From NCBI GenBank assembly GCA_037443085.1, contig JBBIPA010000004.1, positions 15,353 to 79,352 of the forward strand: 64,000 bases of DNA, given 5' to 3'. The notes beneath the pieces are model-generated. The model saw only the letters and a program-made list of their open reading frames with translations, made no database searches and was not told the DNA's origin. Source of the stretch: Chloroflexota bacterium (lineage in GTDB: Bacteria; Chloroflexota; Dehalococcoidia; GIF9; UBA5629). Positions 49,817 to 60,627 of the stretch are shown in pieces (positions within the stretch are counted from its first letter, which is position 1; each line of letters begins with the position of its first letter). The translations under genes and the position numbers were made by a program.

Positions 49817-51175
49817 TTATTTCTTAAATCCCAGCGCTTTCTGGAGCTCGTTGATTGCCCTGGCTAACTGTGGGTTGATACTGGCTTCAGCAGCGACCTT
49901 GTCATGACCGTGCAGTATGGTGGTATGGTCTCTGCCCCCCAGCATCTTGCCAATTTCGGATAAAGGATAGTGATTATGCTCGCGCAGTAAGTACATGGTC
50001 ACCTGGCGAGCCAGGGCTGTTTTTCTATCTCTTCTCTGCCCTGTTAGTGCTTCAGGAGTAAGCTCGTAGTAGCTGGCGACTGCGTCTATGATTTTTTCCG
50101 GTGACAGCACGGTATCCTTGCGGCTGTCTCTGGTGAACAGGTCTGCCAGTGCCCTGGTGGCGGTTTTTATGTCCAGGTCTGCTCCGCTGAGCTTGGCATA
50201 GGTGATTACCCTGTTTAAGCCGCCTTCCAGTTCGCGCACATTCTGGTGAAACTGTGTGGCGATTAGCTGGAGCACTTCCGGAGATACTGATGCTTTTAAC
50301 TGCTTCACCTTCAATTTCAGGATAGCCAGGCGAGTTTCCGCATCGGGCGACTTGATGTCTGCGATCAGTCCACCTTCCATACGCGACCGCAGTCTTTTCT
50401 CCAGAGCGCAGATAGCTTTGGGCAGGCAGTCGCAGGTGGCCACAATCTGGCAGTTATTTTCATGGAGGTCGTTAAAGATATGGTAGAAGCACTCTTGCGT
50501 TTGGACTTTACCACTGAGGAACTGGAAATCATCAACCAGCAGGAAATCAGTGCTTCGATATTTGGAGTGAAAGGCATCAATGGTGTTGCTCTTGAGTGCG
50601 ATGACGAATTCAGTGGTTAGTTGTTCAGCACTGGTGTAAAGAATCCGGTGACCAGCGGCTTTAGCAGCATGCCCGATGGCCAGCATTAAATGGGTTTTGC
50701 CCAGGCCGGTATCGCTATAGATAAACAGTGGATTATACACCTCACCGGGATTTTCAGCGACTTCAAGAGCAGCCGCATATGCCAGCCTGTTCGATTCACC
50801 AGTGACAAAAGTACTAAAGGTATACCTGAGATTAAGATTAGCTGCCGCCGCTGATTTGCTGGTTTTAGTGCTTACCCCTCCATCAGCGGGACGGGGCTGT
50901 GGCGCTGGTGGCACACTGCTTGGCGACGGTGATTTCACTACAAACCTAATCTCCACAGCATTGCCGACGATGCCGGTCAAAGCCTTTTTGATCAGGGATT
51001 TAAGACGGCTTTCCAGCCATTCGGCGACGAAGGCATTGGGAGCGCCGATGACGAAAACATCGTCGCGGTACTTTACACCTTCGGTATCCTTTAGCCAGGT
51101 ATCAAAATTGGGCTGGGTAACTTGAACTTGCAGCTCGCCCAGAGCCGCTTCCCATATTGCTTGAGGTGATTTCAA
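49817..51175 (-). CDS. dnaA: Chromosomal replication initiator protein DnaA
   Basis: 452 aa; AAA+ Walker A GDTGLGKTHL and C-terminal DNA-binding HTH (DHTTILH). Confidence 0.95.
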   Translation of the reverse strand: MKSPQAIWEAALGELQVQVTQPNFDTWLKDTEGVKYRDDVFVIGAPNAFVAEWLESRLKSLIKKALTGIVGNAVEIRFVVKSPSPSSVPPAPQPRPADGGVSTKTSKSAAAANLNLRYTFSTFVTGESNRLAYAAALEVAENPGEVYNPLFIYSDTGLGKTHLMLAIGHAAKAAGHRILYTSAEQLTTEFVIALKSNTIDAFHSKYRSTDFLLVDDFQFLSGKVQTQECFYHIFNDLHENNCQIVATCDCLPKAICALEKRLRSRMEGGLIADIKSPDAETRLAILKLKVKQLKASVSPEVLQLIATQFHQNVRELEGGLNRVITYAKLSGADLDIKTATRALADLFTRDSRKDTVLSPEKIIDAVASYYELTPEALTGQRRDRKTALARQVTMYLLREHNHYPLSEIGKMLGGRDHTTILHGHDKVAAEASINPQLARAINELQKALGFKK

Positions 51176-51427
51176 CCGTAAACCTTTCTAAATTAGGAGC
51201 TTTGCTGAACCTGAAACAGGGAAAATAAAGCCCCCCAAAACATAGAGTCTAGACCTTTTCTGTGCTTAGTCGTTCTGCATTCAGATTAAAGCTAAATGAG
51301 AAGGGATTTTGGGTTATCTATAATGGCCACCCAACACGTCTCCAAAAACAGTTAAAGCTTATCATGCCCCACTTTCGGGGTGTCAAGGGGGTTTTTGACA
51401 TAACAGGGGTTTTTAGGCAAAATCTTT

Positions 51428-52375
51428 TTGATGAAAAAACGCGTCATTTTTATGGGCACTCCGGAGTTTGCCGTGCCTGCTTTGGCAGCATTGCTCGATG
51501 AAGATTATCACGTTGCGGCAGTATACACGCAACCTGATAAAGAGGCCGGCCGCGGCCGGCATGTGGCTTCGTCTCCAGTGAAAGAGCTGGCATTATCCCA
51601 TGGTCTGGAAGTGGTGCAACCGGAAACCCTAAAGGATAAAAGTGTAGTGGCGCGTATAGCCGATGTGACGCCGGACCTGATAGTGGTGGCGGCATACGGG
51701 CGTATTATTACTGCGGAAATCCTGGCTCTACCTGAATTTGGCTGCATTAATATTCATCCTTCGCTGCTCCCCCGCTATCGAGGCTCCTCACCCATTGCCT
51801 CGGCTATACTGCAGGGAGATGATGTCACCGGCGTTACCATTATGGCAATGGATAAAGGCATGGACACCGGCCCGGCGTTGGCCCAGCGAACCGTACCTGT
51901 TGCTGCCGAAGATACCACCGGCTCGCTCACCATGAAGCTGGCTGACATTGGCGCCCGGTTGCTCATCGAAACGTTGCCCCAGTGGTTCGCTGGCGGCATC
52001 AAGCCCCAGCCGCAGGATGAGATCCGGGCTACTTACACCAGGGTTATTGCCAAAGAAGATGGCAAGATGGACTGGAGTCTGACTGCCCTGGAGCTGTGGC
52101 GATGGGTCAGGGCATATGACCCCTGGCCGGGCTGCTATACCTGGTGGCAGGGGAGACGGTTGAAGGTTATTGAAGCGGTGCCGCTGCCCGGCGGCAAGTC
52201 TGAGGAAACAGGCAAGGTGATGGCTTTGCCGGCAGCGGCAAAAACTGCTGTGGGAGTGCAGACCAGGGATGGTATTTTAGGATTGGTGAAAGTACAACTG
52301 GAAGGGAAAAGGGCTATGTCTGCCGGCGAGTTTATCAGGGGACAGCGAGATTTTGTGGGCAGCCTTCTGCTTTGA
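51428..52375 (+). CDS. fmt: Methionyl-tRNA formyltransferase
   Basis: 315 aa; formyltransferase N-domain (IFMGTPEFAVP, SLLP motif) and C-terminal domain. Confidence 0.9.
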   Translation: MMKKRVIFMGTPEFAVPALAALLDEDYHVAAVYTQPDKEAGRGRHVASSPVKELALSHGLEVVQPETLKDKSVVARIADVTPDLIVVAAYGRIITAEILALPEFGCINIHPSLLPRYRGSSPIASAILQGDDVTGVTIMAMDKGMDTGPALAQRTVPVAAEDTTGSLTMKLADIGARLLIETLPQWFAGGIKPQPQDEIRATYTRVIAKEDGKMDWSLTALELWRWVRAYDPWPGCYTWWQGRRLKVIEAVPLPGGKSEETGKVMALPAAAKTAVGVQTRDGILGLVKVQLEGKRAMSAGEFIRGQRDFVGSLLL

Positions 52376-52440
52376 CTTTACACTCTGTTTCGCCTAGAAT
52401 TTATGTTTAAACATAGCAATAAGGCGAAGGGAGTAGAGCC

Positions 52441-53154
52441 ATGTTTTTCTTTGATCCAACGTACTTTCTGTTCATGATACCGCCGTTGATTTTCATGCTT
52501 TATGCTCAGGCGAAGGTAAACTCAACTTTCAAGAAGTACTCCGGTGTTGCCAACTCGCAGCGCTTAACCGGCGTTGCTGCCGCTGAGCGCTTGCTCCGGG
52601 CTAATGGCTTGGCTAATGTCAAGGTGGAAGGGGTGGAGGGCAGGCTGGGTGACCACTATGACCCGGGCAAGAAAGTGCTGCGGCTGTCGCCGGGTGTAGC
52701 CAACAGCGCTTCGGTGGCGGCGCTGGGGGTGGTGGCGCATGAGGTGGGGCATGCCGCGCAGGACAAAACCGGCTACGCCTTTATGAAGTTTCGCACCTCG
52801 TTTGTGCCGGCAGCTAACCTGGGCAGCAAGCTGGGATACATCTTTGTTATCCTGGGTATGATCGTTTATGCCTTCAGTCGGCTTGAATTCGGCTTCAGCA
52901 TTGCTCTCTTTGGCATTTTGCTGTTTTCCCTGGCAGTGATTTTCAGCCTCATCACCCTGCCAGTGGAATACAATGCCAGCAGTCGTGCCAGGCAGATGCT
53001 GCAGAGCACTGGCCTGGTCTCGGTGCAGGAGCTTAATGGTGCCAGCGCAGTGTTATCCGCCGCCGCTCTGACCTATGTGGCAGCCACCCTTCAGGCATTA
53101 GCCCAGCTCTTCTACTGGGTATTTATGCTGCTGGGCATGCGCGGCAGGAACTAA
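52441..53154 (+). CDS. Membrane-associated neutral zinc metallopeptidase family protein
   Basis: 237 aa; N-terminal TM helix; HEVGHAAQD (HExxH) zinc motif. Confidence 0.6.
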   Translation: MFFFDPTYFLFMIPPLIFMLYAQAKVNSTFKKYSGVANSQRLTGVAAAERLLRANGLANVKVEGVEGRLGDHYDPGKKVLRLSPGVANSASVAALGVVAHEVGHAAQDKTGYAFMKFRTSFVPAANLGSKLGYIFVILGMIVYAFSRLEFGFSIALFGILLFSLAVIFSLITLPVEYNASSRARQMLQSTGLVSVQELNGASAVLSAAALTYVAATLQALAQLFYWVFMLLGMRGRN

Positions 53155-53280
53155 TCCTCTCCTGTCATTGCGAGGCACGGTAGTGCCGCAGCAATCTCGG
53201 TGGTGTGCGTGGTGAAGACTTTCCCCAGTTGCTATAACCACTAAGTCCAACTATAATTGCCCCTGAGCCAGCACAATATA

Positions 53281-53333
53281 ATGTAGGGACAGGTTTTTAA
53301 ACCTGTCCGAGACCGTCAGGTCTGTCCCTACAT
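53281..53333. repeat. Solo minimal REP-like element of the same family as the RAYT-flanking copies
   Basis: ATGTAGGGACAGGTTTTTAAACCTGTCC...GTCTGTCCCTACAT has the same termini and internal stem as the elements at 22013 and 22619. Confidence 0.7.
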
Positions 53334-53370
53334 TTCTTGACCCTGAATCAAGTCACACAAGGAAACTATC

Positions 53371-54150
53371 TTGACCGAAGAAACCAATCCTACGAACTTC
53401 ACCGAGCTAAAAGCCATTATCGCCAAACTGCGCAGCACCGAGGGCTGCCCCTGGGACCGGCAGCAGACTCACCTTTCCCTGAGGCCTTATTTAATAGAAG
53501 AGTGCTATGAGGTATTGCAGGCGCTGGAAGATGGCGCTCCCCAGAAGCTTTGCGAGGAGCTGGGCGACCTGCTGCTACAGATTATGCTCCATGCCCAGAT
53601 GGCTGCCGAGGAGGGACAGTTTACTATCGAGGAGGTGGTGCGGGGGCTGAGCGACAAGCTTATCCACCGCCATCCCCATGTCTTCGGTGATGTTGAGGTG
53701 AAAGATGCCGTGGAAGTGCGGCATAACTGGGAGGCTTTGAAAAGCGCCGAGCGACAGGGCTATGGCTCACTGCTGGATAGCGTGCCCCGGAGCATGCCGG
53801 CATTGTCCTACAGCCAGTCCATCCAGCGCCGCGTTGCCTCGGTGGGTTTTGACTGGGAGAAGACCGAGGATATCCTGGAAAAGCTGGCTGAAGAGGTGGC
53901 TGAAATTATCAGGGCGACGGACAAGGAAGAGAAAGCCCGGGAGTTTGGCGATTTGCTGTTTGTGCTGGTGAACATTGCCCGCCGGCTGGGCATCGACCTG
54001 GAAACTTCTCTCGCCGGAGCCAACCAGCGCTTTTATCAGCGTTTCGGCTATATGGAGCAGCTCTGCCGCCAGCGCGGCGTCAGCTTCGACGACCTGTCCT
54101 TTGACCAGCAAAATGCCCTGTGGGCAGAAGCTAAGAAAAATGTAGGGTAG
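53371..54150 (+). CDS. mazG: Nucleoside triphosphate pyrophosphohydrolase MazG
   Basis: 259 aa; two MazG EExxE-type motifs (EECYEVLQALEDG, EEVAE); TTG start after AAGGAAA. Confidence 0.8.
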   Translation: MTEETNPTNFTELKAIIAKLRSTEGCPWDRQQTHLSLRPYLIEECYEVLQALEDGAPQKLCEELGDLLLQIMLHAQMAAEEGQFTIEEVVRGLSDKLIHRHPHVFGDVEVKDAVEVRHNWEALKSAERQGYGSLLDSVPRSMPALSYSQSIQRRVASVGFDWEKTEDILEKLAEEVAEIIRATDKEEKAREFGDLLFVLVNIARRLGIDLETSLAGANQRFYQRFGYMEQLCRQRGVSFDDLSFDQQNALWAEAKKNVG

Positions 54151-54156
54151 AATAAC

Positions 54157-54233
54157 TGGTCGGGGAGAGAGGGTTCGAACCTCCGACCTCAGCGACCCGA
54201 ACGCTGCGCGCTACCAGACTGCGCTACTCCCCG
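54157..54233 (-). tRNA. tRNA-Pro (anticodon CGG), CCA encoded
   Basis: Reverse complement folds as CGGGGAG-TA-GCGC-AGTCTGGTA-GCGC-G-CAGCG-TTCGGGT-CGCTG-AGGTC-GGAGG-TTCGAAC-CCTCT-CTCCCCG-A-CCA. Canonical cloverleaf with T-loop TTCGAAC and anticodon loop TTCGGGT. Confidence 0.9.
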
Positions 54234-54295
54234 AAACCCCACTATTATAAGCGGCTTTAACTTTCATGGCAAGGATTGTAAACTATAGCCTTACC

Positions 54296-55486
54296 ATGAA
54301 GTATGCGGTAATTATCATCGATGGTGCCTCGGGCTGGGCTTTGCCGGAGCGAGGTGGCAAGACCTGCCTGGAGCTGGCACATACGCCGAATCTGGATGCC
54401 CTGGCTCAGCAGGGCGTTCTGGGACTGGCGCGGACTGTGCCACAGGGCATGGAGCCCAGCAGCGCCTGTGCCTGCATGTCAGTGCTGGGCTATGACCCCA
54501 AAGTTTACTACCGGGGCAGGAGCGCCATCGAAGCCATCAGTATGGGCGTTCCCACCGGGGAAAAGGACGTGGTGTTTCGCTGTAACCTGGTGGCGGTTCG
54601 CGATGGCACCATGTGGAGCTATAGCTCAGGTTATATCAGTACCGAAGAGGCCCGCCAGCTTATTACAGCGTTAAATGAAAAGCTGGGCAATGACCAGATT
54701 CGCTTTTTCACGGGCACCAGCTACCGCCATATCTGCCGGATAACCGGACGAGAGGATACCCTGGAAGCAGTATGCACACCGCCGCATGACATTTCGGGCA
54801 AGCCGGTTGCCGAATTCCTGCCCAAGGGCCAGGGGAGCGATTTGCTGCGTGAGCTTATGGCTCGCTCGCAGGAGGTGTTAAAAGAGCATCAGGTGAATAG
54901 GCAGCGCCAGGCAACGGGGGGCATCCCGGCCACGATGCTCTGGCTGTTCTGGGGCAGCGGCAAAATACCGGCGATGCCGCCTTTTAAAGAAGTCTATGGT
55001 CTGGATGCTGCCATGACCTCCGGCGTTGACCTGCTCAGGGGCCTGGCCAGGATGGTTAACATGGCAGTGCTGGATATTGCCGGAGTCACTGACGGTCAGG
55101 ATAACGACTATGCCGCCCAGGCGGCTGGCGCGCTGGAGGCGCTGAAGAAGTATGACCTGGTGGTGGTACACATCGAAGCTCCGGATGAGGCGGCCCATGA
55201 CGGCTCCATCGAGCATAAAGTAGCCGCTATTCAGAAGATAGACAGCGAGGTAATCGGGCGCTTTTATGCCTGGAAAGCTGACGGGTTGCGGCTATTGATA
55301 ATGCCCGACCACCCTACGCCGATACAGATTCGGACCCACTGTGATGACCCGGTGCCGTTTTTACTCTATGGTCCAGGGTTCAAACCTTCGGGTGCTGCGG
55401 CGTATACCGAGGCGGAGGCTAAACGGACAGGACTCGCTCTCGACGATGGTTATAAAATTATGGACAGGTTGGTGAGAGGTGCTTAG
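54296..55486 (+). CDS. apgM: Cofactor-independent phosphoglycerate mutase, archaeal type (ApgM)
   Basis: Conserved start MKYAVIIIDGASG; metalloenzyme/alkaline-phosphatase-like core. An in-frame ATG at 54266 would add 10 aa. Confidence 0.75.
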   Translation: MKYAVIIIDGASGWALPERGGKTCLELAHTPNLDALAQQGVLGLARTVPQGMEPSSACACMSVLGYDPKVYYRGRSAIEAISMGVPTGEKDVVFRCNLVAVRDGTMWSYSSGYISTEEARQLITALNEKLGNDQIRFFTGTSYRHICRITGREDTLEAVCTPPHDISGKPVAEFLPKGQGSDLLRELMARSQEVLKEHQVNRQRQATGGIPATMLWLFWGSGKIPAMPPFKEVYGLDAAMTSGVDLLRGLARMVNMAVLDIAGVTDGQDNDYAAQAAGALEALKKYDLVVVHIEAPDEAAHDGSIEHKVAAIQKIDSEVIGRFYAWKADGLRLLIMPDHPTPIQIRTHCDDPVPFLLYGPGFKPSGAAAYTEAEAKRTGLALDDGYKIMDRLVRGA

Positions 55487-55538
55487 CCTGGTGGCAGGTT
55501 TTTCTTTTTTTGATTAAAATACGGGGAAAGGTTTAGAT

Positions 55539-56756
55539 ATGGCGCTGGTAGTTCAAAAATACGGCGGCAGTTCGGTAGCTGATGCCGAGAAGATTAAAAA
55601 TGTGGCTCGCCGGATAGTGAAGACGAAGGAAGCGGGCAATAAGGTGGTGGTGGTGGTCTCAGCGATGGGTGATACCACTGATGAGCTTATCGAGCTGGCC
55701 AGGCAGATAAACCCCCGTCCTCCGGAGCGGGAGATGGATGTGCTGCTCTCCACCGGCGAGGTAGTTTCCAGCACGCTGATGGCGATGGCTATCGGCAGTT
55801 TAGGGCACCGGGCGGTTAGCCTCAGCGGTGCTCAAGCCGGCATCGAGACGGATACTATCTACAGTAAGGCGCGGATTACCAGAGTTGATCCCAAACGCAT
55901 CGTCAAGGAACTGGAGAAGGGAAACATTGTCATCGTCGCTGGCTTTCAGGGTATCACCGAGGAGAAGGATATCACCACACTGGGACGAGGTGGCTCGGAT
56001 ACCACGGCAGTAGCCCTGGCAATCAGCCTGAAGGCAAAGGAATGCCATATTTATACTGATGTAGAGGGAGTGTTTACTGCCGACCCCCGCATTGTGCCTG
56101 AGGCGCGACGGGTGGTGGCAATCGGCTATGAGGAAATGCTGGAGCTGGCTACCAGCGGCGCCAAAGTGATGCACTCCCGCGCTGTGGAGCTGGGGGGCGT
56201 CTACAATATGCCGATACTGGTGGCTTGCAGTTTCAATGATAAACCGGGAACTCTTATTCATGGAGGGGCTTCGATGGAAGTAAGAAACAAAGTACGGGGG
56301 ATTGCTCATGACCTTGATGTGGCCAAGGTCACGGTGGTCGGTGTGCCCGACCAGCCGGGGATTGCCTCAGCTATCTTTGAGCCGCTGGCGAAGGCGAACA
56401 TAAGCGTGGATACTATCGTTCAGAACGCCAGCATTAATAATATAACGGACTTATCCTTTACCGTAGCCAGTGGTGATTTAGACAAGGCATTGAACATTAT
56501 CAAGCCAGTGGTGAAGTCTATCGGCGCTAAAGATTGCGTCAGTGATGCCACTTTGGGGAAGGTAAGCATTGTGGGCACCGGCATGCAGAACGCGCCGGGC
56601 TATGCTGCTACCATGTTCAAGACTCTTTCGGTGCGCGGCATCAATATCCAGCTGATTACTACTTCTGAGATACGAATAACCTGCATTATTGCGGCAGACA
56701 GAGTAAAGGATGCGGTGAAAGCTTTGCACAAAGCTTTTGACCTGGAGCAAGCGTAG
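55539..56756 (+). CDS. lysC: Aspartate kinase
   Basis: 405 aa; amino-acid kinase N-terminus (VQKYGGSS) and two C-terminal ACT domains. Confidence 0.9.
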   Translation: MALVVQKYGGSSVADAEKIKNVARRIVKTKEAGNKVVVVVSAMGDTTDELIELARQINPRPPEREMDVLLSTGEVVSSTLMAMAIGSLGHRAVSLSGAQAGIETDTIYSKARITRVDPKRIVKELEKGNIVIVAGFQGITEEKDITTLGRGGSDTTAVALAISLKAKECHIYTDVEGVFTADPRIVPEARRVVAIGYEEMLELATSGAKVMHSRAVELGGVYNMPILVACSFNDKPGTLIHGGASMEVRNKVRGIAHDLDVAKVTVVGVPDQPGIASAIFEPLAKANISVDTIVQNASINNITDLSFTVASGDLDKALNIIKPVVKSIGAKDCVSDATLGKVSIVGTGMQNAPGYAATMFKTLSVRGINIQLITTSEIRITCIIAADRVKDAVKALHKAFDLEQA

Positions 56757-56765
56757 CTTTAACGC

Positions 56766-56984
56766 CTAGACGGCGACTACCTGCTTTACGTCGGAAATTT
56801 GCTCTTTAAGTACCCGCTCTATGCCGTTCTTGAGCGTCATCGTGGACATCGGGCAGCCGGCGCAGTGACCGGTCAGCCTGACGCTGACGATACCGTCTTT
56901 GACATCAACCAGTTCTACATCTCCACCATCGGCTTTGAGGGCGGGGCGGATTTTATTGAGGGCGTCTTCTACTTTTTCACGCAT
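56766..56984 (-). CDS. NifU-like (Nfu-type) Fe-S cluster scaffold domain protein
   Basis: 72 aa; CxxC motif in GHCAGCPMS typical of the NifU C-terminal domain. Confidence 0.7.
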   Translation of the reverse strand: MREKVEDALNKIRPALKADGGDVELVDVKDGIVSVRLTGHCAGCPMSTMTLKNGIERVLKEQISDVKQVVAV

Positions 56985-57193
56985 TGGAATCTCCTTTTAA
57001 GACTGGGCTTAAACACAAAACGGCTGTTAAGTTAACATAAAGACTCGCCATTGTCAAATATGGCGACTCCCTAAATAAGCCAGAAGCTGCTTGAAATTAT
57101 CGGCTTGTTTTATTAATATTGCTGGACTAAAATTAACTTTTGCGTTACACTAGCCACTTTTGTGTGTACGGTGAGGAATACAGAGAGTTAGAG

Positions 57194-58030
57194 ATGTTTG
57201 ATATATCTGATGAAAAAGCGCGGTTGCAGCGGCAGATGAGCGAGGAAGCCATTGCCCTGGCTATGAAGGGGCGATGGAAGGAAGCTGTTGCTGTCAATCA
57301 GAGCATTATCGAGGCGGTGCCTACCGATGTCGATGCCTATAATCGTCTGGGGAAGGCTTACATTGAGCTGGGTGAATTTGCCCTGGCGAAGGAAGCGTAC
57401 ACCAAAACCCTGGAGCTGAATCCTCACAACAACATTGCCAGGAAAAACCTTGATTTACTTGCTCAAAAAGAGAGTTCCCGCGTGTCCAAAAAGAAAGCCC
57501 GCTCCAAAGTTTCGCCAAATTTCTTTATTGGTGAGATGGGAAAAACCGGAACAGTAACTCTGCAGAAGATGGGTTCTAATGCTGCCCTGGCTGCGATGAC
57601 CGTGAGCGACCGGGTTAATTTGAAATTGGAGGGGCATAATGTGGTGGTGGAGAATGAACACGGGGAAAACCTGGGGATACTTGAGCCTCAGCACGGCAAT
57701 CGATTGGCCAAGTTGATGGAGGGGGGCAATAAATACGAGGCGGCGATTTCCAGCCTGGATAATAGCAAGGCAAAGATTTTTGTGCGGGAGACCTTTCAGC
57801 ATCCTGATTTGGCGGGTAAGCACTCATTCCCGACCAAGATGGCTGAGGATTTCCAGCCTCACGTCAAAGATACTCTGTTAAGGGATAGCGAGGAGGAGCT
57901 TCTGGAGGAGGAGGAAGGCGAGGAAGTTGAGCTGGAGGAAGGTGAAATGTTGCCCGACGGCTTTTCCATATTTGAAGCCGGTGTTTATGGAGATGATATG
58001 GCGGATGAAGAATTTGCGGACGAGGAGTAA
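57194..58030 (+). CDS. TPR-repeat protein with highly acidic C-terminal tail
   Basis: About 278 aa from ATG 57194; N-terminal TPR-like helices ([22 protein letters not shown]), C-terminus [19 protein letters not shown]...DEEFADEE; ends 5 nt before gyrA. Confidence 0.5.
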   Translation: MFDISDEKARLQRQMSEEAIALAMKGRWKEAVAVNQSIIEAVPTDVDAYNRLGKAYIELGEFALAKEAYTKTLELNPHNNIARKNLDLLAQKESSRVSKKKARSKVSPNFFIGEMGKTGTVTLQKMGSNAALAAMTVSDRVNLKLEGHNVVVENEHGENLGILEPQHGNRLAKLMEGGNKYEAAISSLDNSKAKIFVRETFQHPDLAGKHSFPTKMAEDFQPHVKDTLLRDSEEELLEEEEGEEVELEEGEMLPDGFSIFEAGVYGDDMADEEFADEE

Positions 58031-58035
58031 GCCAG

Positions 58036-60627
58036 ATGGAAATTGGACTGATTAAGCCAGTGATTATCGAAGAAGAGATGAAAAGCTCTTACCTCGATTA
58101 CGCCATGAGCGTTATCGTTTCCCGGGCATTGCCCGATGTGCGTGATGGCTTGAAGCCGGTGCATCGGCGCATACTTTATGCCATAGATGAGCTGGGAATC
58201 CACTATAACAGCCCGTATAAGAAGAGCGCCCGCATCGTCGGTGAAGTGCTGGGTAAATATCATCCTCATGGAGATGCGCCTGTCTATGAGGCTATGGTAA
58301 GAATGGCGCAGGATTTCTCCATGCGGTATTGCCTGATTGATGGGCAGGGTAATTTCGGCAGCATGGACAATGACCCTCCGGCGGCGATGCGCTACACCGA
58401 AGCACGTCTGGCCAGGATTGCTACCGAGATGCTGACCGATATCGATAAGGAGACCGTGGACTTTGTGCCCAATTTCGATGATAGTTTGAAGGAGCCATCG
58501 GTATTGCCGGCGCGGTTGCCCAATTTGCTGGTCAATGGCTCCTCGGGTATCGCTGTGGGCATGGCTACCAATATACCGCCTCACAACCTCAGCGAAATTT
58601 GTGATGCCATAAACTATCTTATTGATAATCCCGATGCCGATGTTGACGACCTGATGAAATTCGTCAAGGGACCGGATTTCCCCACCGCCGGCATTATCTG
58701 GGGACGGCAGGGCATTGTTAATGCTTATGCCACCGGTCAGGGCAAGGTGGTAGTGCGGTCCAAAATAGATGAGGAGACACTGAAGAGCGGCCGCTCGCAA
58801 CTGGTGGTTACCGAGCTTCCTTATCAGACCAATAAGGCTGCCCTAGTGGAAAAAATAGCCGAGCTGGCCAGAGAAAAGAAGATTGAAGGCATTGGCGAAG
58901 TCCGCGATGAGTCAGACCGTCACGGGATGCGAGTCGTTATCGAACTGAGAAAGGACGCCCAGCCTGCCAAGGTAATTAATAATCTCTATAAGTACACCGC
59001 CATGCAGTCAGCATTCTACATCAATATGCTGGCGCTGGTTGACCAGCAGCCGCGCGTGATTAATTTAAAAGAAGCTCTGGTCTGTTACGTTGATTTCCGC
59101 AAGGAAGTCATCACCCGCCGCAGCCAGTTTGACCTGCAAAAGGCAAAGGATAGAGCCCATATTCTGGAAGGCTTCAAAATCGCCCTCGATAACCTGGAAG
59201 CGGTCATCAACACCATCAGGAAATCGGAGACGGTGGAATTGGCGCGTACCAATTTAATGAAGTCCTTTAATTTGACTCAGATTCAGGCGCAGGCAATTCT
59301 GGATATGCAATTGCGCCGGTTGGCTCATCTGGAGCAACAGAAGATAATTGACGAGTATAACGAGGTGCTGAAGACCATTGCTTACCTCGAGGACCTTCTG
59401 GCGAATCCCAAGAAGATACTGTATCTGATTCAGCAGGAGGCTACCGAGCTCAAGACGAAATACGGAGATAAACGGCGCACTGCCATCAAGCGCGATGAAG
59501 TTGAGGAGTTTGATGAGGAAGACCTCATTGCCCATCAGAATGTGGTGGTTACTCTGAGCGAGCAGGGCTATATCAAGCGGATACCAGCCGCCACCTATCA
59601 GAAGCAGCACCGCTACGGTCGGGGTGTGACGGGCATGATCACGCGGGACACCGACATGGTGCGGCATATCCTGGTTGCTGACACGCATGATAACCTGCTC
59701 CTGTTTACCAACAAGGGTAAGGTATACCGCATGAGATGTTATGATATTCCGCAGGATGCCTCCAGAACCACCAAGGGTACTGCTCTGGCAAATGTGTTAG
59801 CCGTTGACCCCAAGGAGCAGATAACAGCCCTGGTGGTAGCCAAGGACACTTCGCCATCGCTGTTTATGATTATGACTACTTCTCGAGGCATCGTGAAGAA
59901 AACTGCCATGGACAAATTTGCTACTGTACGCAGCAGTGGACTTATTGCCATGAAGCTTGTCGGCGATGAAGAGCTGGTCAGCGCCGCCGTGATGAGCGAG
60001 TCAGAGAAAGTGATACTGGTGAGCCAGAACGGCCAGGCAATTAAGTTTGCGGTAAAAGACCTGCGCATCGCTTCCCGCACCAGTGGTGGTGTCAGGGGCA
60101 TCAGACTTGAGCGCGGCGACAGTGTGGTGAGCATGAGCAAGGTATTCTCTGAGGCTCGTTTGCTTACCGTAACTGAGGACGGGTTCGGCAAGCTCAGCCG
60201 CGTAGAGAATTATCCTCTGCAGAACCGTGGCGGGAAAGGGGTTATCGCTCATAAAGTCACCGATAAAACCGGTAAAGTTATCGCCGCCATGACAGTGCCT
60301 GCCTCGCAGCACCTGATTATCATTACTGCCAAAGGAATTGTCATCCGTATCTCCATTGATGATGAAGTGCCGGTTCAGGGCAGAGCTACCCAGGGAGTGC
60401 ATCTCAACAGGCTCGATGAAGATGATAAGGTAGCTTCTATCTCCTACCTGGGAGAGGCAGAGGATGCCGGGGAGGATAAAACTGCTACCAGCCGCGCCGT
60501 AGCGTCGAAAGAGATGCCGAAAGAGACACCAAAAGAAACGCTGAAAGAGACGCCGAAAGAGGCGCCCAGGGGAGAACCCAAAAGAACGCTCAAGGAACCA
60601 CCCCCAGAAGCGCCCCGGTTATTCTAA
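58036..60627 (+). CDS. gyrA: DNA gyrase subunit A
   Basis: 863 aa; N-terminal [32 protein letters not shown] with active-site Tyr region; beta-pinwheel C-terminal domain and a Lys/Glu-rich tail. Confidence 0.95.
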   Translation: MEIGLIKPVIIEEEMKSSYLDYAMSVIVSRALPDVRDGLKPVHRRILYAIDELGIHYNSPYKKSARIVGEVLGKYHPHGDAPVYEAMVRMAQDFSMRYCLIDGQGNFGSMDNDPPAAMRYTEARLARIATEMLTDIDKETVDFVPNFDDSLKEPSVLPARLPNLLVNGSSGIAVGMATNIPPHNLSEICDAINYLIDNPDADVDDLMKFVKGPDFPTAGIIWGRQGIVNAYATGQGKVVVRSKIDEETLKSGRSQLVVTELPYQTNKAALVEKIAELAREKKIEGIGEVRDESDRHGMRVVIELRKDAQPAKVINNLYKYTAMQSAFYINMLALVDQQPRVINLKEALVCYVDFRKEVITRRSQFDLQKAKDRAHILEGFKIALDNLEAVINTIRKSETVELARTNLMKSFNLTQIQAQAILDMQLRRLAHLEQQKIIDEYNEVLKTIAYLEDLLANPKKILYLIQQEATELKTKYGDKRRTAIKRDEVEEFDEEDLIAHQNVVVTLSEQGYIKRIPAATYQKQHRYGRGVTGMITRDTDMVRHILVADTHDNLLLFTNKGKVYRMRCYDIPQDASRTTKGTALANVLAVDPKEQITALVVAKDTSPSLFMIMTTSRGIVKKTAMDKFATVRSSGLIAMKLVGDEELVSAAVMSESEKVILVSQNGQAIKFAVKDLRIASRTSGGVRGIRLERGDSVVSMSKVFSEARLLTVTEDGFGKLSRVENYPLQNRGGKGVIAHKVTDKTGKVIAAMTVPASQHLIIITAKGIVIRISIDDEVPVQGRATQGVHLNRLDEDDKVASISYLGEAEDAGEDKTATSRAVASKEMPKETPKETLKETPKEAPRGEPKRTLKEPPPEAPRLF

